Positions 12,674 to 23,689 of a DNA stretch of 64,000 nt are shown here, one piece after another. The notes beneath the pieces are model-generated. The model was not told the origin of the DNA, did no database searches, and saw only the letters and a list, made by a program, of their open reading frames with translations. Positions within the stretch are counted from its first letter, which is position 1. Every line of letters begins with the position of its first letter. The stretch spans positions 488,996-552,995 of the forward strand of contig NMRA01000213.1 of NCBI GenBank assembly GCA_002633005.1, written 5' to 3'. Source of the DNA: Phoronis australis (Eukaryota; Animalia; Phoronida). Made by a program: the position numbers and the translations under genes.

Positions 12674-13714
12674 GTAATTATTCTTCATGTTTTGTTTCCG
12701 TTTAAATGTCTCATTTAAATACTTAAAATTGAATGTCGCTATGAAGTTAAGTTTTGTGCTTGTGATTGTCTTGTATTTGTGCCATTCCATTCACTGCTAA
12801 GTTAAAAATACCATACATGCATCAAGAGTAACATTATGTGCACTGTGTGGCGTTTTAGTGCTAGCGGGTGAAAGGTGCCGTGACTTTTATTCCAGTTTCT
12901 CTAAAATTGCTAACCAGTTCAGTTGCATCATATTCCTTCTCTGGAATAATACAGTCAAACCCGAGCAATGAAGGAAAGAAAATAAAATGAAAAATAATTA
13001 CATGACACCAAGCTTCGTCAAGTCTTCATCAAAGGGTGCACTTCGGGTGTTATGCATCACCGAATCGCAGTAGTCTATCACTGAAAAAATATCCCTATCC
13101 CAGATAATTGTGGAAGACACTATCAACAACAATACATACGGCATTGTTTTTATGCCCCCGTGAACCTTGATTTGATGAAAGACAACCTAATTGTGATATC
13201 AGCTTCCCGTTAGTAAACAATTCCACCCTCTGTTCAAACCAGTTTCACTGTCTGCCATCCTCACAATTTAGTCCCTAGATTTAACCAAAATTTGCCACCG
13301 CCAACACCCGACCAATCGACCGGCCTCGACCACATTAATTTCAATTGCCTCACGATGCAACTCTTAGACTGCAACCCAACATCTATTTCCTGGTATGGTA
13401 GCTTAACTGGGGCGGGGGTCGCGACCCTCTGAGTGTGTGCTACAGTCTTCAAGTAAATGAAACTTGCAGGGTTATTATCAATTAAACTATATCGTTTATG
13501 AAGGTGTGAGAGTACAACTAGCAAACAGAAATTGTTGTAATTTGATTAGCCACAGAAGATTTTGTACCAGAAGCGCCTACCCGATATGACACAGATGGAA
13601 CGACACGAATATATGCAAACAGACTGTTGGAATACTAAACTTGACATTTTATAAGGAGATAATTAATGAACCTAGTAACTTTTGCTGACGACATACACGC
13701 ATTCGCTGTTGTAG

Positions 13715-13882
13715 ATACTCCAAGAAGTAAATATGGTGGTTGGTCGCACTGGGGAGCCTGGTCCAATTGCACTGTGCCGTCCGACACTACCCGAATTCGT
13801 AGTCGAAACTGTACTAACCCGACCCCACAAAAAGGTCGGCACTGCCTCGGACCGCCGGTGTCTTACAAAGACTGTCCAATCG
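13715..13882 (+). CDS. TSP1 exon
   Basis: Reads GGWSHWGAWSNCT...RIRSRNCTNPTPQKGRHCLG...CP; phase 1-1. Confidence 0.9.
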
Positions 13883-14417
13883 GTAGGCTCGTTTTTCTAA
13901 TACAGTAGATATTGTGTTGATGGACGAGAGTGGACACACAGTGAAATGGCAAGAAAGTGTTGCTGAATACAACAACCTCGAAGGTGTATACAAATGAGTC
14001 ATGTTTGTGTCATTGTGTGTGGTGAGCCTGGTATTCGGGATTAAGAGTTTGTGCTTCCGTCCATTAATTTCTGGTACACACAATATACATGTATGTTCAC
14101 CCAGGAAAGAAAGTCTTTCCAGCATGTTTTTAGTGTTGCATGAGACACTATTCCTAGAACATCAAGATATTTGAAAGAACTTAGCATTCGGTCACTTTCG
14201 TCAACGCACAACATACGTGAACATGTGTGATTAAACTTTACAAAGGCTGCTAAATCTGCGCTTAGCGTTGTATAACAAACGAAATAGCAATTGACCAACA
14301 CCGGGAAGATGGACCAATTTTGGATGAAATCCCCGAAACAGGAATTGTAAAATCTTGAACCAGATGCTTGCAGTATTAGTTTTACAATTTCATGTTCTTA
14401 ACTTATCCCCTAAACAG

Positions 14418-14930
14418 TTGATGGAAATTGGACTGCATGGTCAAGCTGGACTTCGTGTTCACTCACCTGTGCTGGAGGTTCAAGAAATCGAACACGGAAC
14501 TGCACGAACCCTTATCCCATGAATGGCGGCCGGGATTGCGTGGGCAACATTGAAGAGTCTGTCAGTTGCAACACTTCGCCGTGTCCAGTGAACGGACATT
14601 GGTCGGACTGGATAAATGTGACGTCATGCAGTGTCTCTTGCGGCGGAGGATCATATAACAAATCAAGGAATTGCTCCAGTCCTTCACCTGCACATGGGGG
14701 GCTGTACTGCCAAGGAAACAGTTCTGAACTTATCGTCTGTAATGCTTACCCGTGCCCCATCAATGGAAACTGGACTTCATGGTCGCAGTGGTCGAATTGC
14801 TCGTCAGAATGCGGTTTTTCATTTCGAAACAGAACTCGAACCTGCACAAACCCATCGCCAGCGTTTGGAGGTATAGACTGTTGGGGAAACGACACAAACA
14901 TATCAGTTTGTGCCGTTGATACGTGCCCAG
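14418..14930 (+). CDS. Exon with three tandem TSP1 repeats (hemicentin/coadhesin type)
   Basis: 513 nt = 3 x 57 aa. Each repeat has DG/NG-W-xxW-xx-CS-xx-C...R...C...P...GGxxC. aacag acceptor, G|gtaagt donor. Confidence 0.95.
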
Positions 14931-15033
14931 GTAAGTTCTCATAATATTCCGAGTTGAAATGGAATGAGTCGTTCTGAAGCTATCTATACTTCCTGAAAGA
15001 TACACAGATATCTCTTATAATGATTTAGTACAG

Positions 15034-15075
15034 ATACAAAATCTGTGTTGCTTCATTTTGACGTCTTACAAAACG
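15034..15075 (+). CDS. Probable 42-nt linker micro-exon (DTKSVLLHFDVLQN)
   Basis: tacag acceptor, consensus G|gtaagt donor, phase 1-1, open in frame after a 103-nt intron. Confidence 0.55.
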
Positions 15076-16000
15076 GTAAGTTTTGTTTATCTATCTTATC
15101 TAAATGGTTTCTTTCAACTTCACAACACTCTCATTTTCAATTTTCACTGTAATTTGTGCATCGAATGTTCATGAACGTCTGCTCAAGTGATGACGAGGTG
15201 CGCTGTGAGCTTTTTGTGATTGAGCGAGCATGTGAAGTAGCTGTTTCCACATGTGTGTGTGTCAGATTTGTTTCCAAACCTACTGTAACTCGTGTATTAC
15301 GTGCATAAACTGAAGTTTCGGTGACGCGACGTCCTTATACGCGCCTATGCATGTGCGTTCGATGGAATCAGGATACTTAAGCTTAAGTTTTCTTTCCTCA
15401 CTCGGTCAACAGCGTTACCCATATTACTGCCCTCATTCTTGTCTCCTCACTGACGATTCTTCCCTATGATTGCCTGAATCGTAGGTAGAGTAGCTTGACA
15501 AGGTCGTTAAATATCACGTACCGCCCAGACGCAACGTGTCGCTAATCGCGATTCGACCAATCAGACGGCTTAAGCCATACATGTAGATGTAACTCCATAG
15601 TAACACAGCTAGCAGTCGATAGATATACGTCAAGAAACGGAAAAGGAATACTAAGAGACTGAGTAAACACAATGTTGTCCTCGGTCTTCGGGCAACATTC
15701 CTTATTTATTAGGAGGTGGCGCTGTATCAGTGCTGTCTTTCTAGCCAATTGCGGTCTCCGAAATTGAGCACGTTGACAAGATCGTATTCATTAAGAAACG
15801 GAATGAAGAAGAAATGAAATTGACATTGGAGAAATTTCCAGCTTTGCAGTTAATTTTAATATCCATTACAAACAGTGGAATAGGTGCCAGCGAATACTTT
15901 TAAAATTTAAAATTACACTTGTTGCTTGCAGTTGTTTGATCATGAATGGCAGTTTGTAACTGCTGTTGAACTGTAGATATTAGTTTAACTCGACATACTG

Positions 16001-16002
16001 TA

Positions 16003-16036
<34 letters not shown>

Positions 16037-16058
16037 CATGCTCGCTTGTGTGTTTTGT

Positions 16059-16089
<31 letters not shown>

Positions 16090-16110
16090 CTTGTGTGTGT
16101 GCGTGTGCAC
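16001..16110. repeat. (GT)n microsatellite, imperfect
   Basis: Seen directly; lies next to the 3' end of a minus-strand LINE fragment. Confidence 0.95.
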
Positions 16111-16199
16111 GTTTGAACGTCCCGATGGTTGTTTTTTAGTTCTGTTCTCTTGATTTTTCACCGTATCAAAAATGTGTACACACCATGTCAATACAATAA

Positions 16200-16600
16200 T
16201 CAATCATCTTTCAATGCATTCCAGACACGGAGTCGTTTGTAAACTCTTGAAGTGTATTTAGTTTGGGAACACTTCCAGAAAGCCAAATTGTACCTTTTTA
16301 TTGTATATTTGCCCTTAACTCAATCAGTCGATGGTGCTTGACACCCCGACTTGTCGGATAGACCAGGCACTGCGATTGAGAACCTGTTGTATGAGTGCGT
16401 GGCATGCAGGGGAGCAAGTTCGTAGTCTGCAGTCTCTTCCAAGGATCGGGATAAGGAGCACAGACCCTGTCGACGGCGTTCAGAGAAATGTATTTTAATT
16501 GATCTGCTATCGAGGAACGCACCGCAACACGACTCAACCGATACCAGAGCTTACAAACGCTTGACTTCTTGTCACCAGGTGGGAGTCCAGGTGTGTTCCG
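16200..16600 (-). mobile_element. CR1-like LINE 3' fragment, degenerate
   Basis: Minus-strand fragments KRLQTTNLLP and RVWNAL resemble the C-terminus of CR1 ORF2. Confidence 0.4.
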
Positions 16601-17850
16601 GATATTAGATACAAATATTTCCACAAGGATTAAGTTAAGCTGTCCGCAATTTGAAACATCAAAATTCCGCATTATATCCTTGTATGAAAGTGCCACCTGT
16701 AGACATATAAATTCACCTTCTCCAAATCTATTAGTGGTCTCTTCCTTGTTCACCCGTCTTGTGACCTTAAACTTGATGATGAAATCATTCTTAGAAAACA
16801 GTCGCACTGACATCTTGGTATACTGTTACACCTCACGTTCGGGAGCTCGTACAAAAAACTAATTAACCCACTTAAGCTTGTCTCTCGTCATCTGAGTTCT
16901 ACACATTTAGAGGGTTTTTCAAATACTTTATACTTCCACACATCGTTAATTGTGATATCATATATCAGTCGGCAAATACGGGTGCACTCCAACATTTGGA
17001 GAAATTACAGTATCAAGCCGCCTTACTCATAACCGGAGCTTACAGGGGATCCAATACTGTTAAGGTTTTGAATAGTCTCAAGCGGCACAATCTGTCTACT
17101 CGACGCAATCTTGGCATGACCCCATTTACTTTTAAAGTAATAAACAACGTCAACAACGCCTCTGTCAAAAAATATATTTGATCTATACATTAGACAAGGC
17201 CATCGTAGTAATTTGAGATCCTCCACCCCATATGCAATTCCTCCGTCGTTCAGTCAAGCATTCAGAAGGTCTAAAATCATGATGTGAATCAACAACTGGA
17301 ATTCTCTCTGTGGTCTTTTCCTCAATTCTGACAAGTTGAGGCATAACTTTGGTAATGTCTCTCCAAATTGTAAATGTGGTGACCATCAATCTTATCCGTA
17401 TATTTTCTTCAAATGTCCCCTCATCGAGTACCTGAGAGACTCACTCTTTCGTGCACTCAATGAAAACCAATCATTTGTTAATGCTCTCAATTCTTGTAAT
17501 AATATCCCTACTAAATTTACATTATTATTGAATGGTAGTTCTAACTTTAACCTCGCTCTCATTGAATTCCTCCTGAGCAACCTAAGCAAATTTTTATGTA
17601 CCGTTTATCAATATTGCTGCTTCTGATTTCCATACATGAATCTGTACTGTACATGTTTTTGTTTTCAAATATTCGCAATAGCATACCTAAATATCGGGAT
17701 ACTTATATCACATACTACTTAAATGTATATACCTCTATGTATATTAGTTTCATTTATGAATTGTTTACAACCCAGATTCAATGCTTCGCGATTTCTGGGT
17801 TTGTCATCATTTCTTTGTGTGTCTTGTGTATTCTTCAATAAATATACATC
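16600..17850 (+). mobile_element. CR1/L2-group LINE 3' fragment, degenerate
   Basis: Fragments LEKLQYQAALLITGAYRGS and SPNCKCG...IFFKCP (C-terminal Cys motif), then a T-rich 3' UTR with AATAAA near 17837. Confidence 0.7.
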
Positions 17851-19352
17851 ACTCATAAAAAACCTTGCACTTGATTTACTCGTCTGGATTACGTCGACTT
17901 AGACAAAAAATGTGATTGGTTTGTGAGCTGGAGGTTGTAATCGGGAAATATTTAATGCCCATGGAGATTATCTCGGCTGTCACGGCACATTAACGAAGAA
18001 CAAATCAAGCGCACGAAACTCCCATGTAGGCCTTACAATTAACAACAAAGTCTATAATTCAGAATTGGGCTTTTGTTCAGCTGCAGAACAACTTCAAATC
18101 GTTTCCCTTTCAGGCCGTCCGCTTTTCCAGATTGAAGTATTGGAGCCTGCACATATTCTTAAACCTTTGTCTTTGTAAGGTAGAAATCATGATGAGGAGG
18201 CTTAAATGTGGACCTTTAACGGGGATTCGCGGGGAACGTTTAGAATTGTGCATTTGCCGAATTTTGATAGTTCCGGCGTTTTTAGTGGACTTTTGTTTCG
18301 TTTTCTGCTTGTTTCAGAATTTATGTTTCTTTGAGGCGGACGTTATTTCCCAATTCGCCAACCCCGAGCCCCCCCCCCCTTGTGTGCAAGCATGGAAATA
18401 TTTCCCTGCTGGCTTTACATTTATATCTTCTCTGGTTCATTTCCTTTTTATGTGACTGTTACATCCTGTTACTTTTCGATAAGCCATGCTTGCTTATGGA
18501 TTAAATTATCCATGTTTTGCTTCTGGTATGATCATCAAGAACTGGGCTTTTTAATTGCATGACTCTTATTCTATTCGGTTGAATAACGACGAAATTGCGA
18601 AAATTTTAGTGGCGGCTAATTCCATAGCAAAAACCCACACAGGACCTCAGCAGCCCAATATCGAGGTTGGCATCCTGTGGCTACAATTCAATGGTTCAAG
18701 TAATGATTACACCCTAGCAGCACGTATTTGAGTTGATGTCCGGCGATCAGTTGTGAGGATGGCCACATGAGCCGACTAAGCCGCAGAGATTGGTCACTAA
18801 CGTGGAATTCGTTATCCAGATTTTATCAGCCAAAGGTTTCCTGCTAATCATATCTCATTCTCAGTCAAGCAATTAGGTGAAATGGAATGGGAACCCGGAT
18901 ATAACGCGAACAATGTTTCATTCAAGTCCCTCCTCTTTTGAAGCAAAGTTTTACACAAATCGATGACTATTGGATAGGTTGCCTTTCGATCCCCTGGTGC
19001 ATACATGTATATATATACTATTGGCTGCCGTCGTAAGCTCGAAGAAACGTGAAGCAATTCTGCTGAATGGTTTGGTTGTTTTGATGTCATGGAGAGTCTT
19101 TTGGTAGTGCTGTTAACGTGTCCTTTTGGTTTAATAAGCGGTAAGTTAAATAGCTATTCCTTAAATTTATATTCGCTATCTTATAAAACAACAGACTGGG
19201 AATAATTTGACTCTCAATTTTTTTCTCGAATTACCTCAACATATCGTTAAAAATATTTATTTATTTAACTATTTAATTGTCGAGAAACCACCTGTTAACT
19301 GTTTACCGGGCTTATAATGGCCTTGTCGTTGAGATTTTTATATGAAGTCTGT

Positions 19353-19425
19353 CCACGCGCGGACTCGAACCTGAAAGTCTCACGCCGGGGCCAAACGCTC
19401 TGTTGACTCAGCTAAATCCCGCCCA
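19353..19425 (-). mobile_element. tRNA-derived SINE head or tRNA pseudogene
   Basis: Minus strand has an A-box-like TAGCTGAGTCAACAGAG and a B box GGTTCGAGTCC at tRNA spacing. No intact cloverleaf. Confidence 0.55.
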
Positions 19426-22400
19426 TTGGCTGAGAATATTAAGCGCAATACACAGGTGAAATTAAAGGTCTTCGTTTCCGCAAATTAAATATCTTGCAGA
19501 CACAACGATAATGTGAAAAAGCGTTTTCCTCAATAAAATAGACAGTGGCTGTATAACTGATTAAGTTTGTATACATGCATGCATTATAATCAACTTTATT
19601 TATGTTTAAAAACACAATCTTGAACTGATGCTGGTAACTCAAGTCACGGTCAATACGTGCGTGCGCGGTTTTAGATGTCACAAGTGTAACACTGGCAAAC
19701 ATCAACAAACTCTGAAGCTCTGATACGCCGTAAAATATTACACTGTCGTAAAGTGTAACAAATGTTACATTTTATGTCATTGTTGCATTTTACGTTGCTA
19801 GATCTCTCCTAAAATGTAACAAGGTGTTACATTTTACGTAATTGTTACAATTTACGTCGAATACACATGTGACACATTTTACGGAAGAGACGTCTTATTT
19901 CATAATTTCTCAGGTATTTGTCACACAGAGGAAAATGGTTTGCACGCTTAACGGCTACTTTCTCGGATTGTTTGAATGAAATTCAGTCAAATGTTTGAGC
20001 TTGAATTCATAGTTCTGTCCCTATGTGCCTTCCATTTTTTAACATGAATAGTTCCTTGGTGTAGTCAGAAATGTACCCCGTACAGTTTCAATTCTAGACG
20101 AAAGGAGTTTCCAGGATCAGGTAACAGGTTTTATTGTTAATTAAAAGCGTTTTTGCAAGCTTGTGCTGGCGCTCACAGGTTATAAACCAATTGTGTATCC
20201 GGCATTACTCACGTAAATACCATTATCCCTTGTTAAGCACACCAGAAACAATGACATCGTATTTGGCTAATAATTATCGTATTTCTTCGGGTAAAAACGA
20301 ACACAACAGGCCAGTTTGATGGAAAAATCACCCGTTTAGTCCATAGTGTTATTGCCTCGAAGTCACACAAAAGGAGCGAGATTAAAGTTTCTGATACCGA
20401 AGGGTTCGGTCTAAAAATCTGTTGACGAAGTACATCTCACCGCTGTGCGGGCCAAGTTTATTAGGACGCGTACCATTTGCGCGCACACATCGGGCCCGTA
20501 GCCAGCATTGCGCAGGGGGTGGTTCGAATTTCTGGAACAGTGGACCTTTGATATTTTGCAAAGGTCGACCCCGCCAAATTTGCAAATCAGGCGTTCTTAA
20601 ATACTTACTCAGACGGAATTTTTTAGTGGGAGAATGACTTGAAATTTTTATTTTGTATTTTTGCGTGTTACTTACATCGCTGGAAATGGACTCAGCACAC
20701 TATTCTGAATGTTCAGTACTCCGAAGGCTCACTACTCCGAAATTATCTAAATTTTCGAACCCAGGTTTAATTTTTATACTTTTGCATGCAAAAGTAAACT
20801 ATGACTTCGGTTATTAGATGCGCTGAGTGGTCTACTACATGTACATGCATTAGTACCGAAAACAAAGTCCGCGTACTATTGATTTCATGTGCATACGAAA
20901 TTGCCTGCATTGTCGTAAGAATACATGTACGGAAAACTAAGTACGTTCGTGCATTTTTAAAACGATACCAATCCGGGTTTGGCCTATTGACCGATAATAA
21001 AAATGACTTTCTCACCCAGGTTTCCGAAACAAAATAATACTCTGTAACCACTGACAACCCACAAAAGTTTGCTGAAAATTTTGAACACTCCTTTCAAAGT
21101 TTGCTAAACGAGCAAGCTTAACCTATGCTTTTTGCGAAGTACACGGTAACTGTGACAAAGGTCCACCCAGCAAAGACCATACTGTCCAAACTTTGATATG
21201 GGGTGTATGAATTTTCACGTGATTCCTTCCTTAGTAAGGATTCTAAACCCTATTTTGATGATTCCAACGAATCTGATCGTTCTCTCACTTGCTGTTGCAT
21301 CATTGGAGTCAATCTTGAAAGATGAAGAAGGAATCACTTTCATACCCACAAAATCACGAATTGGACATTATGCTCATTGGTGGTTGGTATTTTCTCACAG
21401 ACGCCACTTAACTCGCTAAAAGCATAGGTCACGCTTGTCCCTTTAGCCGAATTTGTAAGGGGTTTTCTGATTTTCCTCAAAACTTTAGGGAGTTGCCCAG
21501 CCGAGCATTAGTTCGTTTCATAGCCGGGACTGGATAGGAAAGTCGTTTTTAGTATCTATTAAAATAGGATAAAACCGCGTTTGGTATACTTTTAACTTAG
21601 AAGATTGACGCCAGAGGTTAGCAGGTGACAGAACGAGGATTGGTGGAAATCCTCACAGGGTTTACTATCCGAATACGAAGTAGGCATATTGATGAATAAT
21701 TGCATCACCCTACGGAAGTGGTCGAAACTAAATGTTTTAGAAGGCAACCCTGTCCCTGCCAGTCTTCACAAAGCCAGAGACTCCCATTCAGTGTTCAGGT
21801 CGTCGCAGCCCTGACCCGTGCCCCAGATGTTGTCCCTGCTTGAGATTCAAGAAGCCACGATTGGCAGGGATTGGAACGAAGCTCATTTGTAAACACTGTT
21901 TTAAGAACAATTCAACTCTTGGTTATTGAATGGGTACAAAAACATTATTTCATTCATGTCAGTTCCAAACCATTAGCAGACAATAAGAGTAATGAATTGT
22001 AGTGAGACTTCAGAGTTGTGGACTTTCCGAGAAATGAACCTTAGGAACAGTGACACGTAACCATGAAAATCTTTTGCATGATGTTTGTTGATCGTATGAG
22101 GACTGCTACACCATACGGGTACATCTGCTAGGCTTTGTACCATTGTCACTGTTGGACAAGGGGACACTTTCTTCATTGACTAAAGTTTCATTAGGTCTAG
22201 ACCTACTTTTCCCTAATACAGTGAACATGCTCGTCTACTCAGTGTAAGAACACACGGTAGTTATGCCGGGTTTTTGTTTGAGCAACGACATAAGGCTGCC
22301 TATAGTACCGTCGGCGTGTGCTGGACTTAAAAAAATGTAAACGCACACATGCGTACAGCCGCATAGTTCACCAATCCACTGTGAAAGTGGACACTGGATG

Positions 22401-22667
22401 AACAACAATCATCTGACGATCACTAAGTTTGAAATGTCTGCACCTTACCATAATATGCTAGTGTTATAGAGTGACACCTATTGTCCCGAGCTATTAACAC
22501 TAGCAAGTACACCAAAATAGCAGATAACATTTATATTTTCTGCTGTTTTGTTTCTTGGTCTGTTTTCAGAAATTCACGCCACACTACTTTTTGAGAGCTA
22601 TTTCGCTGTTTAAAGCTTAGCTAGTTATAGACATTTACTTCTAAAATCCCTTGTTACCCTATGATGT

Positions 22668-22945
22668 ATCGTTGGCCAAATGGGTGAACGTTGACGCCGT
22701 TAAATTACGTAATTCTTGTTACAGGCGTAATTAAGTGCATCATACATAAATAATCGGTGCTATAAAATAATTATTTGCGGAGTAAAGTAAATATTTAAAG
22801 AGTAAAGTAACTTGTAGCGCCTCAAATACTTTACGTCGTTATGTAATAATTACTTTACGGCGTAAATAATTACTTTACGCCTCTAACAAGAATCAATTTA
22901 CGCACGTAATTTAACGGCGTAACGTTCACTCACTTGGCTAATGAT
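22668..22945. mobile_element. MITE with about 42-bp imperfect terminal inverted repeats
   Basis: Left ATCGTTGGCCAAATGGGTGAACGTTGACGCCGTTAAATTACGT; right reverse complement ATCATTAGCCAAGTGAGTGAACGTTACGCCGTTAAATTACGT; internal GTAAAGTAA sub-repeats. Confidence 0.8.
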
Positions 22946-23689
22946 AATATCGACGATAAAGGTGTAGCAACCACGCTGGTTTAATTCCAATGAATGACAT
23001 AAAGCCTCCTCTAATCATCTGTGAGATCTGTGCAAACACCACTCGAGCGAAGTTGGGCCCTGGGGCCGGGTAGTGCCCAATGATTAAACGAAGCGCTTGG
23101 AATCAGAAGCAAAATCGTCTAACTTAGACATAACTATAGTTAGTATTTTCAGTTGCAGCAACAATTTTGTTGTTGTTGATGATCTTCTTGTTGTCCATCT
23201 ATACCCTACCTCTAACGGATAGGCTGGGGCTGGACCTTTTCCGCAGGGAGTTCGATCGCGCACTAGGGGAACAACAAAATACGCCACATAACTAAATACA
23301 CCATACGGGTACATCTGCCTAAGAATTTCTTGTTATCACATCATTTGCCTACACTCTGATAATCGATGAATTCCGTTTTGACAACTTCTAATTTTTTATT
23401 TTAGCACTCATTTAAATATGTGTAGTTTCCTAAGACAAATTATTAAACTACATATTTCAGAATCGTCACATTGCTCAAAATATATCATTGGGCGTTACCT
23501 GAAATGTCTGATCTGTTTTTCTTTTGACAAATCCATTCCAGTTTGAAGACTTCAGTATTGCAAAATCAATACAGATGGAAAAGATTCTCTGACTCCTTCT
23601 TACAAAAAGAGCAGTCGTCATTTGGTAAAATTCCAATCTTGTGAAGTTAAGTTTTGGAATTTCTGTGGAATCACATTAATATGGTGTCC

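Larger units (their letters stand above)
1..15075 (+). other. Multi-exon gene segment, copy 1: PAN-CTLD-TSP1-PAN-CTLD-F5/8-TSP1-3xTSP1 extracellular protein (5' end outside the window, 3' end not found)
   Basis: Thirteen exons with GT-AG boundaries and compatible phases splice into one stop-free ORF. Confidence 0.85.

Noticed and set aside
13909-13983. Extra small exon after the TSP1 exon
   Set aside because: It would need a 26-nt intron, which is too short, and shows no domain similarity.
16225-16250. Terminal coding exon of copy 1 (ccag|AC ACG GAG...TGA)
   Set aside because: The phase fits, but it encodes only 8 aa, overlaps the 3' end of an antisense LINE fragment, and similar chance candidates exist elsewhere (for example 18114).
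19353-19425. Functional tRNA gene
   Set aside because: A and B boxes are present but the D-loop GG and the acceptor and anticodon stems are not intact; treated as a SINE head.
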